A stretch of DNA of 63,714 nucleotides, the filler included, from Octopus bimaculoides (lineage: Eukaryota), in the NCBI RefSeq assembly GCF_001194135.2. It is 6 parts of 5 records of this genome, joined end to end, with 100 filler letters (N's around TTAATTAATTAA, not from the genome) between each part and the next. Parts side by side here need not be neighbours in the genome. Positions count along the whole stretch, not along the records: positions 37,015 to 58,263 come from NC_068983.1; positions 58,364 to 61,503 come from NC_069000.1; positions 61,604 to 63,714 come from NW_026307573.1; 3 more parts are not named here. One strand, 5' to 3'. A program made the position numbers and the translations under genes. The notes beneath the pieces were generated by a model. It saw only the letters and a list, made by a program, of their open reading frames with translations. It was not told where the DNA came from and made no database searches. Shown here one piece after another: positions 52,130 to 62,201 of the stretch (its first letter is position 1; each line of letters begins with the position of its first letter).

Positions 52130-52510
52130 TCATATTCTTTTATTCTTTTACTTGTTTCAGTCATTTCACTGCGGTCATGCTGGAGCAGTGCCTTAAAGAT
52201 TGTTTTTTTAGGCGAAGAAATTGACCTCAAGACTTATTCTTTTTAAGCCAAGTATTTATTGTATCAGTCCCTTTTGCTAAACCACTATGGGGATGCAGAC
52301 ACACCAACAGCGGTTGTCAAGCAATAGTAGTGGGGACGAACATAGACACAAAGATGCACATAAATACATACATACATATATATATGATGGGCTTCTTTCA
52401 GTTTCTATCTACCAAATCCACTCACAAGGCTTTGGTTGGCCCAAGGCTATAGAAGAAAACACTTGCCCATATGGTTGGGAAGCAAGCTTCTTACCACACA
52501 GCAACACCTG
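52130..52510 (-). mobile_element. SINE A
   Basis: Near full-length, CpG-depleted copy. Confidence 0.85.
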
Positions 52511-53189
52511 CTCCATATAAATAACATGTTGAAACTTCTTCAATTGTAATGGTGAGCTGAGCTGAAGTTGTACATAAAATGTAGCTGCTTTTGTGGTCAA
52601 TATCAATAGAAGAAACTTTTGTAATACAAAGAAATGGAATTCTTGTATTCCATGTAAATGCAACAACCCTAATATCTGTTCCTCTCAACAGTAGATCTTT
52701 CTAAAACATTTGTTTATGAGACTTACTTCTACCTTGCATATAGCAGCAAGACAAAAAAGTTTATGGTGGCTTACTGAGAATTCATTAAAAAGTATATTAT
52801 TACATGTATATATACATTCAGATCTCAGAGAGAGATGTCTTAATACTTCATTCTCCAGATATATCAGGAATCTCAAGAATGACACTGTTTACAACCATAA
52901 AATTAACTGCTTCATTATAGAATAAGTATCTTTTAACATTTAGGAGTCCAGTAGATGAGATCTCTGTCTCTTGAAGTATTATATCATTCTATTACAAGTT
53001 ATGCAATTTTGAACAGAAAATGTTTCCAGCATAATGAATTTGCCATGCCTTGTAAATGGTCATAAAGACTAAAATTTCTTTAATAATAACCATTTTTCTT
53101 GCTTATGCATGATTTATAATTTCTAAAGTCAAGAAAAAAATTCAATCTTCTGTGAAGGTATGTCAAGCCATTGCACTGGTCATGTTCCA

Positions 53190-53380
53190 AGGACTAAGGA
53201 AAAATATTAGCTTGCCTTGAAGCAGGTGAGGAGAACCAGTCATAGAAAATCTGCCTCTTTTGAATTCTGTCTGATCAATGCAAGCAAGGGAAGTGGACAT
53301 TAGAATGATGTTGCTGCTGCTGATATTGATGTTAAGGACAAAGATGACCACAATGATGAGGGTGATGAGGATGATGATGG
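53190..53380 (+). mobile_element. Family D-variant fragment with (GAT)n-type tail
   Basis: CAGGTGAGG..TAGAAAATCTGCCTC..TCTGTCTGATCAATGCAAGCAAGGGAAGTGGACATTAGAATGATG parallels 31880 and 47440. Confidence 0.6.
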
Positions 53381-53388
53381 CAACTGTA

Positions 53389-53424
<36 letters not shown>

Positions 53425-53558
53425 TGTATATATANNNNNNNNNNTATATATACATACATACAGATAGGGTGATAAATTGAATATTAATTAAATTTAAAAC
53501 CAAGTGACCTAGCATATAAAAAAATCTGAAAATTCAGAAAAAATTGTACTACACATGC

Positions 53559-53781
53559 ATAAGGGATGACCACTAGGTGGACATCTAATATGCTAGAAAG
53601 AGAAAACGTTAATGTTCGAAACTGCAGTCCATTGATAATTCTTTATTCTGTGTATTTCTCATTTTGTCCTGTTCTGGTGTTTTTGCGAAATTTTTCTGGA
53701 GAACATTATTTTTCTTTGTGGTTGGGTCGTTGATGACCTCTTTCTAGCATATTGGATGTCCACCTATTGGTCATCCCTTAT
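53559..53781. mobile_element. 223-bp MITE with 44-bp TIRs
   Basis: 53559-53602 is the reverse complement of 53738-53781 with 2 mismatches. Confidence 0.88.
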
Positions 53782-54049
53782 ACACACACACACATATATA
53801 TATATATACTCACATATAAATATATACACATACACACACATATTCATATGTATGCTCAAACACATATATATGCATATATATCAAACTATATATTACATAG
53901 ATTAAAAAGAATTCATGTCTGGTAAAATTTTCCTTAGTGCATGAATATTGATGTTAGAAATTATCAGAAACCAGGTACAATCTCAGAGAACAGTTTCAGT
54001 GCAGAGGCAAATATATGTCATCTGCAATTATTTCTCATTGCATTATATC

Positions 54050-54213
54050 TATTAGAAACTGAAGCTTCTTCAGTCATGACACTAAAGTTTCATGCCACTG
54101 ATTATTCAAATGATTCATGTGTAACAGCAGTCTACCAATATATAAGTGAAAATATTTGTAAACATATTGAAATATGAAAATACAACAGTACATTGTGATA
54201 TGATTAGTTACCA
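54050..54213. repeat. 164-bp dispersed direct repeat, copy 2
   Basis: See 51661-51824. Confidence 0.85.
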
Positions 54214-54921
54214 ATCATGTTATGTATACATTCTCACAATATATTTCTAATTTCTATACAGTTTCTCTAGTTTAGTTCTCAGATTTTATTGTCACATTTC
54301 ATGCAGGCTTTTTAAGAATATTTCATGCCACTGAAAAGTCACAATATGTTGTTTAAGCTCAGATATAAAAGCTTTGTTTTGCTAATGTTTGTCATCTATT
54401 GTAAAAATATTGCCTTATCATGCATGTTACATATGAAACAGAAAATGATTTATCTAATGAAATATTTCTTTTCATTTCACTGCAATAGAAAATTAATATC
54501 ACAATAATAAAAAAAAATGACAGGTTTACTTCCCCAGGAGGTACTACATCTATTCACTGTACAGCTTATACATTTAAGATAACATTAATCTGTGACTCGT
54601 CAAAATGATAGTATTCTTTGGCTACTATTTCTGACAATTTCAGTAGCCTTATAGAGAAACTCAGTGTTCCAATCTGTAACTTCTAGTAAAGTTTCCACTT
54701 AGATTTTAAAAATATAACAATAATTGGTTCTTTGAAATTATATTTTGTATGTCCTCTCAGAAATTAAGGCTTATAGAATTTACATCCGCGATTGTTTCTT
54801 TGCCCATATACGTATTTCAATGCCTGAAATGTATATATTTTTACATTCATTGGAAGTATTGTTTCAGTTTTTGAAATCTAAAACTTTCACTTCCAATTTC
54901 TTATTGCTATATGTGGTGAAA

Positions 54922-55308
54922 GGTGGAGGCGCAATGGCCCAGTGGTTAGGGCAGCGGACTCGCAGTCATAGGGTCGCGGTTTCGATTCCCAGACCAGGCG
55001 TTGTGAGTGTTTATTGAGCGAAAACACCTAAAAGCTCCACGAGGCTCCGGCAGGGGATGGTGATGAACCCTGCTGTACTCTTTCACCACAACTTTCTCTC
55101 ACCCCTACTTCCTGTTTCTGTTGTGCCTATAATTCAAAGGGTCAGCCTTGTCACACTGTGTCACGCTGAATATCCCCGAGAACTACTTTAAGGGTACACG
55201 TGTCTGTGGAGTGCTCAGCCACTTGCAAGTTAATTTCACGAGCAGGCTGTTCTGTTGATCGGATCAACTGGAACCCTTGACGTCGTAACCGACGGAGTGC
55301 CAACAACA
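54922..55308 (+). mobile_element. Young SINE C-prime (different tRNA head and body + C tail 1) with a 13-bp TSD
   Basis: TSD ATATGTGGTGAAA at 54909-54921 and 55309-55321; A-box TGGCCCAGTGG, B-box GTTTCGATTCC; tail shared with C, ending CAACAACAA. Confidence 0.92.
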
Positions 55309-55579
55309 ATATGTGGTGAAAACATGCATTGCTACATTGGTCACCGAACCAGCTAGAAACACCAGTCAAACAACACCTGAGGAGTGAGAGACAAATATAA
55401 TTCTGCATATACCCTAAATACACATTTTGTTGCCTGCTGAAATGTGTTTATTTTACATTTATTGATATGTTTTTTCAATTTATGAAATTTTAAAATGCTG
55501 TTCTTTCAGTTTACATTTCATAATGCCAAGTAAAAAATGAAATGAAATGAAATATTATAACTTGAATAGAAATCCTATT

Positions 55580-56300
55580 AAAATGTTGCTTTTGAATTAA
55601 AAAAAAATTCTTTTTGTGGATAGTGGACAGTGTCAATAATTCTTCTTTTGTGAAAATATGTAAAAAAAAATTGAGCTGATGGAAAATATGTGGCTAAAAT
55701 CCTATGCACAGAATTCAGATCAGAATAAAAAAATTCAGGTGAAAATTCCATACTCCATGTAGGCAATGGGTCTGTAGAAGAAGAAACAAATAATGGAAAT
55801 ATTATCCCACAGGGATGTAACATTGTTCATGATTTCAACAACTGATTTCCTTAGATTTCAATAGAAATGTCACTGAAAAATGCTTTGCCAAGATCCAGAA
55901 AAATTTTCAAAAATTGCTGCTTTAGCACTAAAAAACTTTGATGCTGACCTCATCAATGAGGAAATACTTAACTATTTCCAGGAAATATAAAGGTTCTGTG
56001 TAATCCTGATCAATGTTCTCATCAATATGACCTTTCAAAATTCACTGCAATGTATTTAAATACATTAACTATTTCATTAAATACATTAATCTCACACATA
56101 TTAAAATTAAAGACTAATGCAATAATTATCCTCCTACATGAAACTGATGAATCTAATGGCATGTATAATGACACATGTTTAATTATCCAAATTATTTCAG
56201 CAAAATTTAAAATTTGATATGGAAAAAATTATAACTGAAGGCCAACATCAAAGAAAAACCGTGTTTAATCCAAGAGTCACTCTTTCTTCAGTACTACTTA
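55580..56300 (+). mobile_element. Decayed PIF1-family helicase fragment (Helitron RepHel)
   Basis: ILHVGNGSVEEE..IIPQGC, ALALKNFDADLINEEIL, HILKLKTNAIIILL..SNGMYNDTCLII, IITEGQH..VFNPRVTL match PIF1 motifs (LL.VGNG, ILAP.N..V..IN, H.L.LK...MLLRN..GLCNGTRL, V.IPRI.L). Confidence 0.8.
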
Positions 56301-56304
56301 CTTT

Positions 56305-56428
56305 TGCTAGCTAAGTGGACTGGAGCAACATGAAATGAAGTGTCTTGCTCAAGGACGCAATATGTTGCCAGGAATTGAACTTGTGATCCTATGATCACAA
56401 GCCAAATACCCTAACCACTAAACCATGC
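56305..56428 (-). mobile_element. SINE C/E head and core fragment
   Basis: GTGGACTGGAGCAACATGAAATGAAGTGTCTTGCTCAAGGAC..CCCTAACCACTAAACCATGC. Confidence 0.78.
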
Positions 56429-56446
56429 TCATTCACACACACACAT

Positions 56447-56485
<39 letters not shown>

Positions 56486-56497
56486 CGTATACACATA

Positions 56498-56529
<32 letters not shown>

Positions 56530-57121
56530 CATGCATACATACATACACACATGCACACACACACACATACACACACATATTTATATGCATGTGTATTTTA
56601 TAGACACATTCACACATAACCATGCAAAAATAGCCTATATAATAATTGCCATATGTCATAGGAACTTGCTATCACATCCCTCTTACATCTTCCACTGCTA
56701 ACCCCACAACCAGCACCGCCGCCACCGCCACCACCATCCCCCAACACCCCCACCTCACCCCACCACATCCCCAACACTACCACCACTTCCCTATTTGATA
56801 AGCAGAATTACAACCTTGTATATGTTTGTGGGATGGGGAAAGATATTTATGGTTTTGTCAAAAAACAATTTTATCTGAATTAGTATGAAAGGTAGCAAGT
56901 GCAAAGCTAATATTAGTAAACAGTACTCAAAACATACACTCACACAGACACACACACACACACACGCACATAAACGTACACTCAAATACACATATAATAT
57001 ACTGTATACATATGTATATAAATAGATGTCTATAAGTAAACTGTGTTTGTGTTTACTTTTGTACATATTTAAAATGTAATGTTTGTAAACAAAACTTGAA
57101 AGTGAAGAATTATTAACTTAC

Positions 57122-57166
57122 TCCCTGAAGGGATTCATAGCGGACGTGATTGCTTGACCAGGCAAT
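57122..57166 (-). CDS. Candidate 45-nt exon A (IAWSSNHVRYESLQG, or 5' UTR)
   Basis: Acceptor ACTTTTATAG, donor GA|GTAAGT; unique CpG-containing sequence at the edge of the CpG-depleted domain. Confidence 0.33.
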
Positions 57167-57231
57167 CTATAAAAGTCTGTATACATTCTACATAAACACA
57201 TGCACATGCACATTCTCTCTCTCTCTCTTTT

Positions 57232-57277
<46 letters not shown>

Positions 57278-57349
57278 CCNNNNNNNNNNNNNNNNNNNNN
57301 NNNNNNNNNNNNNNNNNNNNNNNNNNNNNNNNNNNNNNNNNNNNNNNNN

Positions 57350-57413
<64 letters not shown>

Positions 57414-57723
57414 AGCACTCCAGAAAATTGGTCTTGAAATTGACTCATGACAATGCCTGTACAGTTATCAAATGTGTACATTTCTTTGGTTATTTCAGTC
57501 TAAGAAAATGATGACTGATGGATTTCCATAATTTTCCATCATCTTCAAATTGTGTGCTCCAAAGCAAATTTTTCAGTCTCTGTCTCCTATTGATAAAAAC
57601 ATGCAATATTGTGACTCATTTCCAAGGAGGATACATTTTATGCTGCTGACAAAATTTAACCTTCTTACTTAATTTTTAATATTATAAACATGAAATTGTG
57701 AAGGCAATGAATTAGTGGTTGGG

Positions 57724-57850
57724 GCAGTGTTTCTCAACCTTTTTACCCTTGCATAATCCTTAAAATAAATTACATGTCTCAAGGAACCCCTGCACAAAAA
57801 AAAATTATATACCAAATAATATATTTCATAGTTTTTCCATCATAGCACAT
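57724..57850 (+). mobile_element. hAT-Charlie-type MITE end
   Basis: CAGTGTTTCTCAACCTTTTT..GGAACCCCTG, typical of Charlie/MER termini. Confidence 0.6.
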
Positions 57851-57864
57851 GTAGTAAATATCAT

Positions 57865-58263
57865 ATACTCTTTTACTCTCTTTTTACTCTTTTACTCTTT
57901 TACATGTTTCAGTCTTTTGACTGTGGCCATGCTGGAGCACCGCCTTTAGTCGAGCAAATCGACCCCAGGACTTATTCTTTGGAAGCCTATTCTATTGGTC
58001 TCTTTTGCTGAACCGCTAAGTTACAGGGACGTAAACACACCACCATCGGTTGTCAAGCGATGGTGGGGGGACAAACACAGACACACAAACACATACACAC
58101 ATACATATATATATATACATATATACGACGGGCTTCTTTCAGTTTCCGCCTACCAAATACACTCACAAGGCTTTGGTTGGCCCGATGCTATAGTAGAAGA
58201 CACTTGCCCAAGATGCCACGCAGTGGAACTGAACCCGAAACCATGTGGTTGGTAAGCAAGCTA
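57865..58263 (-). mobile_element. SINE A, near full length
   Basis: Tail of repeated TAAAA(A)GAG; body with most CpGs retained. Confidence 0.92.
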
Positions 58264-58399
58264 NNNNNNNNNNNNNNNNNNNNNNNNNNNNNNNNNNNNN
58301 NNNNNNNTTAATTAATTAANNNNNNNNNNNNNNNNNNNNNNNNNNNNNNNNNNNNNNNNNNNNCCTCGTTCGAAAATTTGAAATGGATATCATAATATT

Positions 58400-58600
58400 T
58401 AAGGCGGCAATCTCACAGAATTGTTACCGCGCGGGACAAACTGCTCAGCCGCATTTCTTCCGGTTCTTTACGTTTTGAGTTCAAATGCTGCCGAGGTGGA
58501 CTTTGGTTTTCATCGTTTCAAGGTGGATAAAATAAATACCAGTTGATCACTGGGTTCTCCCTCCCTTCAACACTGTTGACCTTGTGCCAAATATTAATTA
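58400..58600 (+). mobile_element. Old SINE B
   Basis: AAGGCGGC..GAGTTCAAATGCTGCCGAGGTGGACTTTG. Confidence 0.7.
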
Positions 58601-58917
58601 GAAAGAATATTATAACGCGTATTATATATTGCAGTATTAAGAATTATTGGGAGAAAACTTAATTTATACATCTAATTTACTAGCTAATTCCCAAATGAAA
58701 TTGATATGACCAGAAAAGTGAGAGCAATTCGTTATTACAGACGGAGCTTTCTAACATAATTTGAAAGTGGAAAAGGGAGGTAAGAAGTTTGCCTGTGACA
58801 TTTTCTTGCCTTTGACATAATAGTGACATACTTAAGTGACAAGTGTTAGTTGGGAGGCTATACGTTACAGAATTAGCAGTAAACATTCCATCAAATTATA
58901 GTCATAGACGCAGACAC

Positions 58918-59198
58918 GGCTGTGTACGTAAGAAGCTCGCTTTGCAACCATGTGCTTTCGGGTTCATGCGCGACACATTGGATGAAGTGTCTTCTACTAT
59001 TCACATCGTGAGTGAATTCGGTAAGCGGAAACTGTGTGGAAGCAACCTTACATGTGCACATACTACAGAACAAAGGAGCCATCTCAAAACAGCATGTCTC
59101 CGAAGATTTCCTGATGAAGGGATCCTAAACCTGAAATATTGAAATACAAAACCATCGACTTGTACTATTTATTTTAACTCGCATTGTCTTGGGTATCT

Positions 59199-59272
<74 letters not shown>

Positions 59273-59610
59273 CACACACACACACGCATTTGAAAAAAGA
59301 AAAAAGAATGACTTCACTGGTAGTTCTAATCAGTTTAATTTGTTATTTTTTAAATTCTTTGTTCAAGTCTGCGAGCGTGTGAGTGTATGTATATTTATTT
59401 GTATTCGTCCTCTGTACTGCATGACAACCGGTCCTGGTTTGTTTACGTCCCCCGTAACATCTGGGTTTCGGTAGAAGGGCCGATAAAATAAGTGCCAGAC
59501 TTAAAACAGAAAAAAAAAGAAAGAAAGAATTGGGTTCGATTTGTTTGAGTGAAACCCTTCAAATCGGTGCCCCAGCACGGCCGTCATGTCTGAAACAAGT
59601 AAAAGATGAA
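58918..59610 (+). mobile_element. Old SINE A split by an insertion in its internal microsatellite (about 59045-59360)
   Basis: Head at 58918-59045, body and tail at 59360-59610. Confidence 0.7.
59110..59140 (+). ncRNA. Decayed minimal PLE-type hammerhead remnant
   Basis: CTGATGA-AGG-GATCCTAAA-CCT-GAAA-TATTG; TATTG is consistent with CpG decay of CGTTG. Confidence 0.35.
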
Positions 59611-59689
59611 AACTACAAGATACCGTTTTAGCGAAGGAGGACACATTGATAATTCGGTTCTTTCAGTTTTTCCCAGCGTCTATAAGGAC

Positions 59690-59843
59690 AAGACCTGAAG
59701 TTTTGAAGAACGGGGCTAGTCGATTATATCGTCTCCAATTCTCAAATGTTACTTATTTTATCGACCCTGAAAGAATAACAGGAAAAGTTGATCTCGACGG
59801 AATTTGAACTCAGATCAATAATAATAATTTCAAATTTTGGCAC
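59690..59843 (-). mobile_element. SINE B fragments
   Basis: TTTTATCGACCCTGAAAG..GGAATTTGAACTCAG and tail TTTCAAATTTTGGCAC. Confidence 0.65.
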
Positions 59844-59844
59844 T

Positions 59845-61370
59845 GGGCCAAAGACGCATCTGTGATGAAAAGTGCAAGAATCTGCGCAGCTTTAAGATCT
59901 ATCAGGTCAGAGTATAGTGTCGGCATGAAAAGAAACAGGTGCGACACAAAGGATCATATTCTGTGAAACGTAGGAGCAAGACCAGAAATCCCTTCCATGT
60001 CTGTGCCCCAAACTTAATTCAAACTAGTTCAGTACATCAAATGGTCTCCAGTAAACAAGAAAGTGAGTGGCAGGAGTTTGGCGAAGATATATATATAGGA
60101 CTTTACACGCAACAGCTAAGGGCGATGTGGAAAATCAGCTGAAGGCAATGGCAACAATCACGTTTAGCGATTCATCGGCTAGATTCACCCTCATCAAAGT
60201 ACGAAGCGAGAAATTCCACAATAGAAATGCAAGGCCATCAAAATACAACTTTGGCAAGAACCGAGGATTCTCTAGAAGTAGTAGAAAGGGGCCACTGAAG
60301 AGAAATGCCAACCAATAGCTTGACTATCAGACATCCTGATAGAGACGCTGATAGCTTTGCTCAGAGCCGAATACCACAGAAAACAAAGAGAAAGAAGCAA
60401 CAAATACATTGTTTTTATTTGCAACCCATTTGCTTCACCAAGAAGAAACTTGGTGACAAACGTAGCGCAATCTTGAGTTCTCGAGTGCTCCGTAAACACC
60501 TTTTTCCGAATTCCTTGAATGACACTGTGAGAGAGTAAGAGTTTAACCAAAACAAAATTCTGATAAGTTTGAGGCCCCACCAACGATTATATTCGGTGTG
60601 AGTGAACGGAGCTGTAGGGAAGTTCACGAAATTGGTGAAGCATCAAAGATAACCTCTACTCCAAGGCTCAGTGTTTATAAACATTGTCCGAAATTCCTTC
60701 AACAATTGTGAGAGATACCGAAAATAGTCAAGCGTAGAAGAAAATTCACCAACCAATAGAAATATGCTGACGATGTTTGAATCCCCAAGGAGGAGAATTC
60801 TAAGACGATCGAGTTATTGAGAACCATCTCAATACTAAGCATTGAAGGAAAAATAGATGTCTGTATCTTGTCCTATCAGCTGATAAAGTTCCCACTGAAG
60901 AATGTTCATTGACAAATTGGTACAGAAAGATAAAGTCGCTGGAACACTTGGTGACTTGGAGCATATATAGAGAGTCATATAACGGTGTTGTGGTTGAACC
61001 GTGCAATGGCCTATGGCTTTACGCCACAGAAGCTGGTAGAGAGACATCATGTTCTTAGCAAAATCAATGACTCTTCTAGATCATTGTTGCAACTTCCACA
61101 TAAGAATTACATCTGGATTCAAAATATTAGGAGAGTAAAAGCTAGAGAAAAGGATCATAACAGGTTGCAACATTTTGGTCTTCCTTTTTACCTTCTATAT
61201 AGACAAAGCAGTCAAGTCATTAAAGGTAGAGTCTCAGGGACCCCTGTCAGAGACTGGTATGTAATAGCCATTAGTCAGATAATCTGACTAATATCTTTAA
61301 GGATTTGTAAAGCTCATCTGATTGGTAAAGATTAGCTTCAAGCCATTAAATCAAAGTCTCTTGCTTTACC
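59845..61370 (+). mobile_element. HERO-clade RLE non-LTR retrotransposon fragment (N-terminal region to RT)
   Basis: LLRAEYHRK..CNPF.FTKK.LGDKRS, YKHCPKFL, WIPKEENSKTIE.LRTISILS.EGKI, LEH, VLW..NAYG..PQKLVE..HHV, EKGIITGC, SFKP.KS.SL; heavily frameshifted. Confidence 0.8.
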
Positions 61371-61394
61371 TTATCCAAAACCAACATTCCAACG

Positions 61395-61497
61395 TTTCGG
61401 GGTTGATGAAATAAGTACCAGTTGAGTACTGTGGTCGATGTAATTGACTAGCCCCGTCTCCCAAAATTTCAGGCCTTGTACTTATAGTAGAAAGGGT
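61395..61497 (+). mobile_element. SINE B 3' half
   Basis: TAAGTACCAGTTGAGTACTG.GGTCGATGTAAT..GGCCTTGT..TAGAAAG. Confidence 0.8.
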
Positions 61498-61878
61498 ATA
61501 TATNNNNNNNNNNNNNNNNNNNNNNNNNNNNNNNNNNNNNNNNNNNNTTAATTAATTAANNNNNNNNNNNNNNNNNNNNNNNNNNNNNNNNNNNNNNNNN
61601 NNNATATATATGTATATATATATACGTATATATGTAGATATACATATATATGTGTGTGTATATATATATGTATATGCAAATATACATATATATATGTACA
61701 CACACATACACACACACACACACACACACATATATGTAAAACCCTCGATTCAATAACAACGTTTACAAACTCTATGCTTGGAATGACCAATTTTAAATAC
61801 GATTGGAACTTACACACAAGGTACAGGAAACTTTTATGTATACCATCCCTGCATATATCTACCAGCATATATCCCTGC

Positions 61879-61922
<44 letters not shown>

Positions 61923-61925
<3 letters not shown>

Positions 61926-62157
61926 ATTTCTTTATTGTTCACAAGGGGCTAAACATAGAGGGGACAAACAAGGACAGACCAAGGGATTAAGTCGATTACA
62001 TCGACCCCAGTGCGTAACTGGTACTTAATTTATCGACTCCGAAAGGATGAAAGGCTAAGTCGACCTCAGCGGAATTTGAACTCAGAACGTAACGGCAGGC
62101 GAAATACCGTTAAGCATTTCATCCGGCGTGCTAACGTTTCTGCCAGCTCGCCGCCTT
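61923..62157 (-). mobile_element. SINE B, third tail subtype, young
   Basis: Intact head AAGGCGGCGAGCTGGCAGAAACG; tail ..TTTAGCCCCTTGTGAACAATAAAGAAATAAG. Confidence 0.9.
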
Positions 62158-62158
62158 G

Positions 62159-62201
<43 letters not shown>

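Noticed and set aside
53129-53157. Plus-strand 29-nt exon candidate (AG|GTATGT donor), and similar plus-strand candidates at about 21462, 23499 and 39762
   Set aside because: They do not chain into a coherent model; they show the background rate of chance splice-site pairs.
54922-55000. tRNA-like sequences (also heads at 12400, 25716, 63240)
   Set aside because: They have A and B boxes but no complete cloverleaf and continue into SINE bodies with TSDs; not tRNA genes.
59052-59062. Minus-strand 11-nt microexon candidate
   Set aside because: Lies in repeat-derived inserted sequence; kept only as an illustration of chance matches.
7455-61559. TTAATTAATTAA inside N runs at 7455, 22245, 36959, 58308 and 61548
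   Set aside because: Each is exactly 44 N + 12 bp + 44 N (100 bp) and has stops in all six frames: a scaffolding linker for gaps of unknown size, not biology.
4553-62028. ORFs rich in CV, HT, YI, MYV, LSIY or poly-S/M/I
   Set aside because: Translations of microsatellites; no coding evidence.
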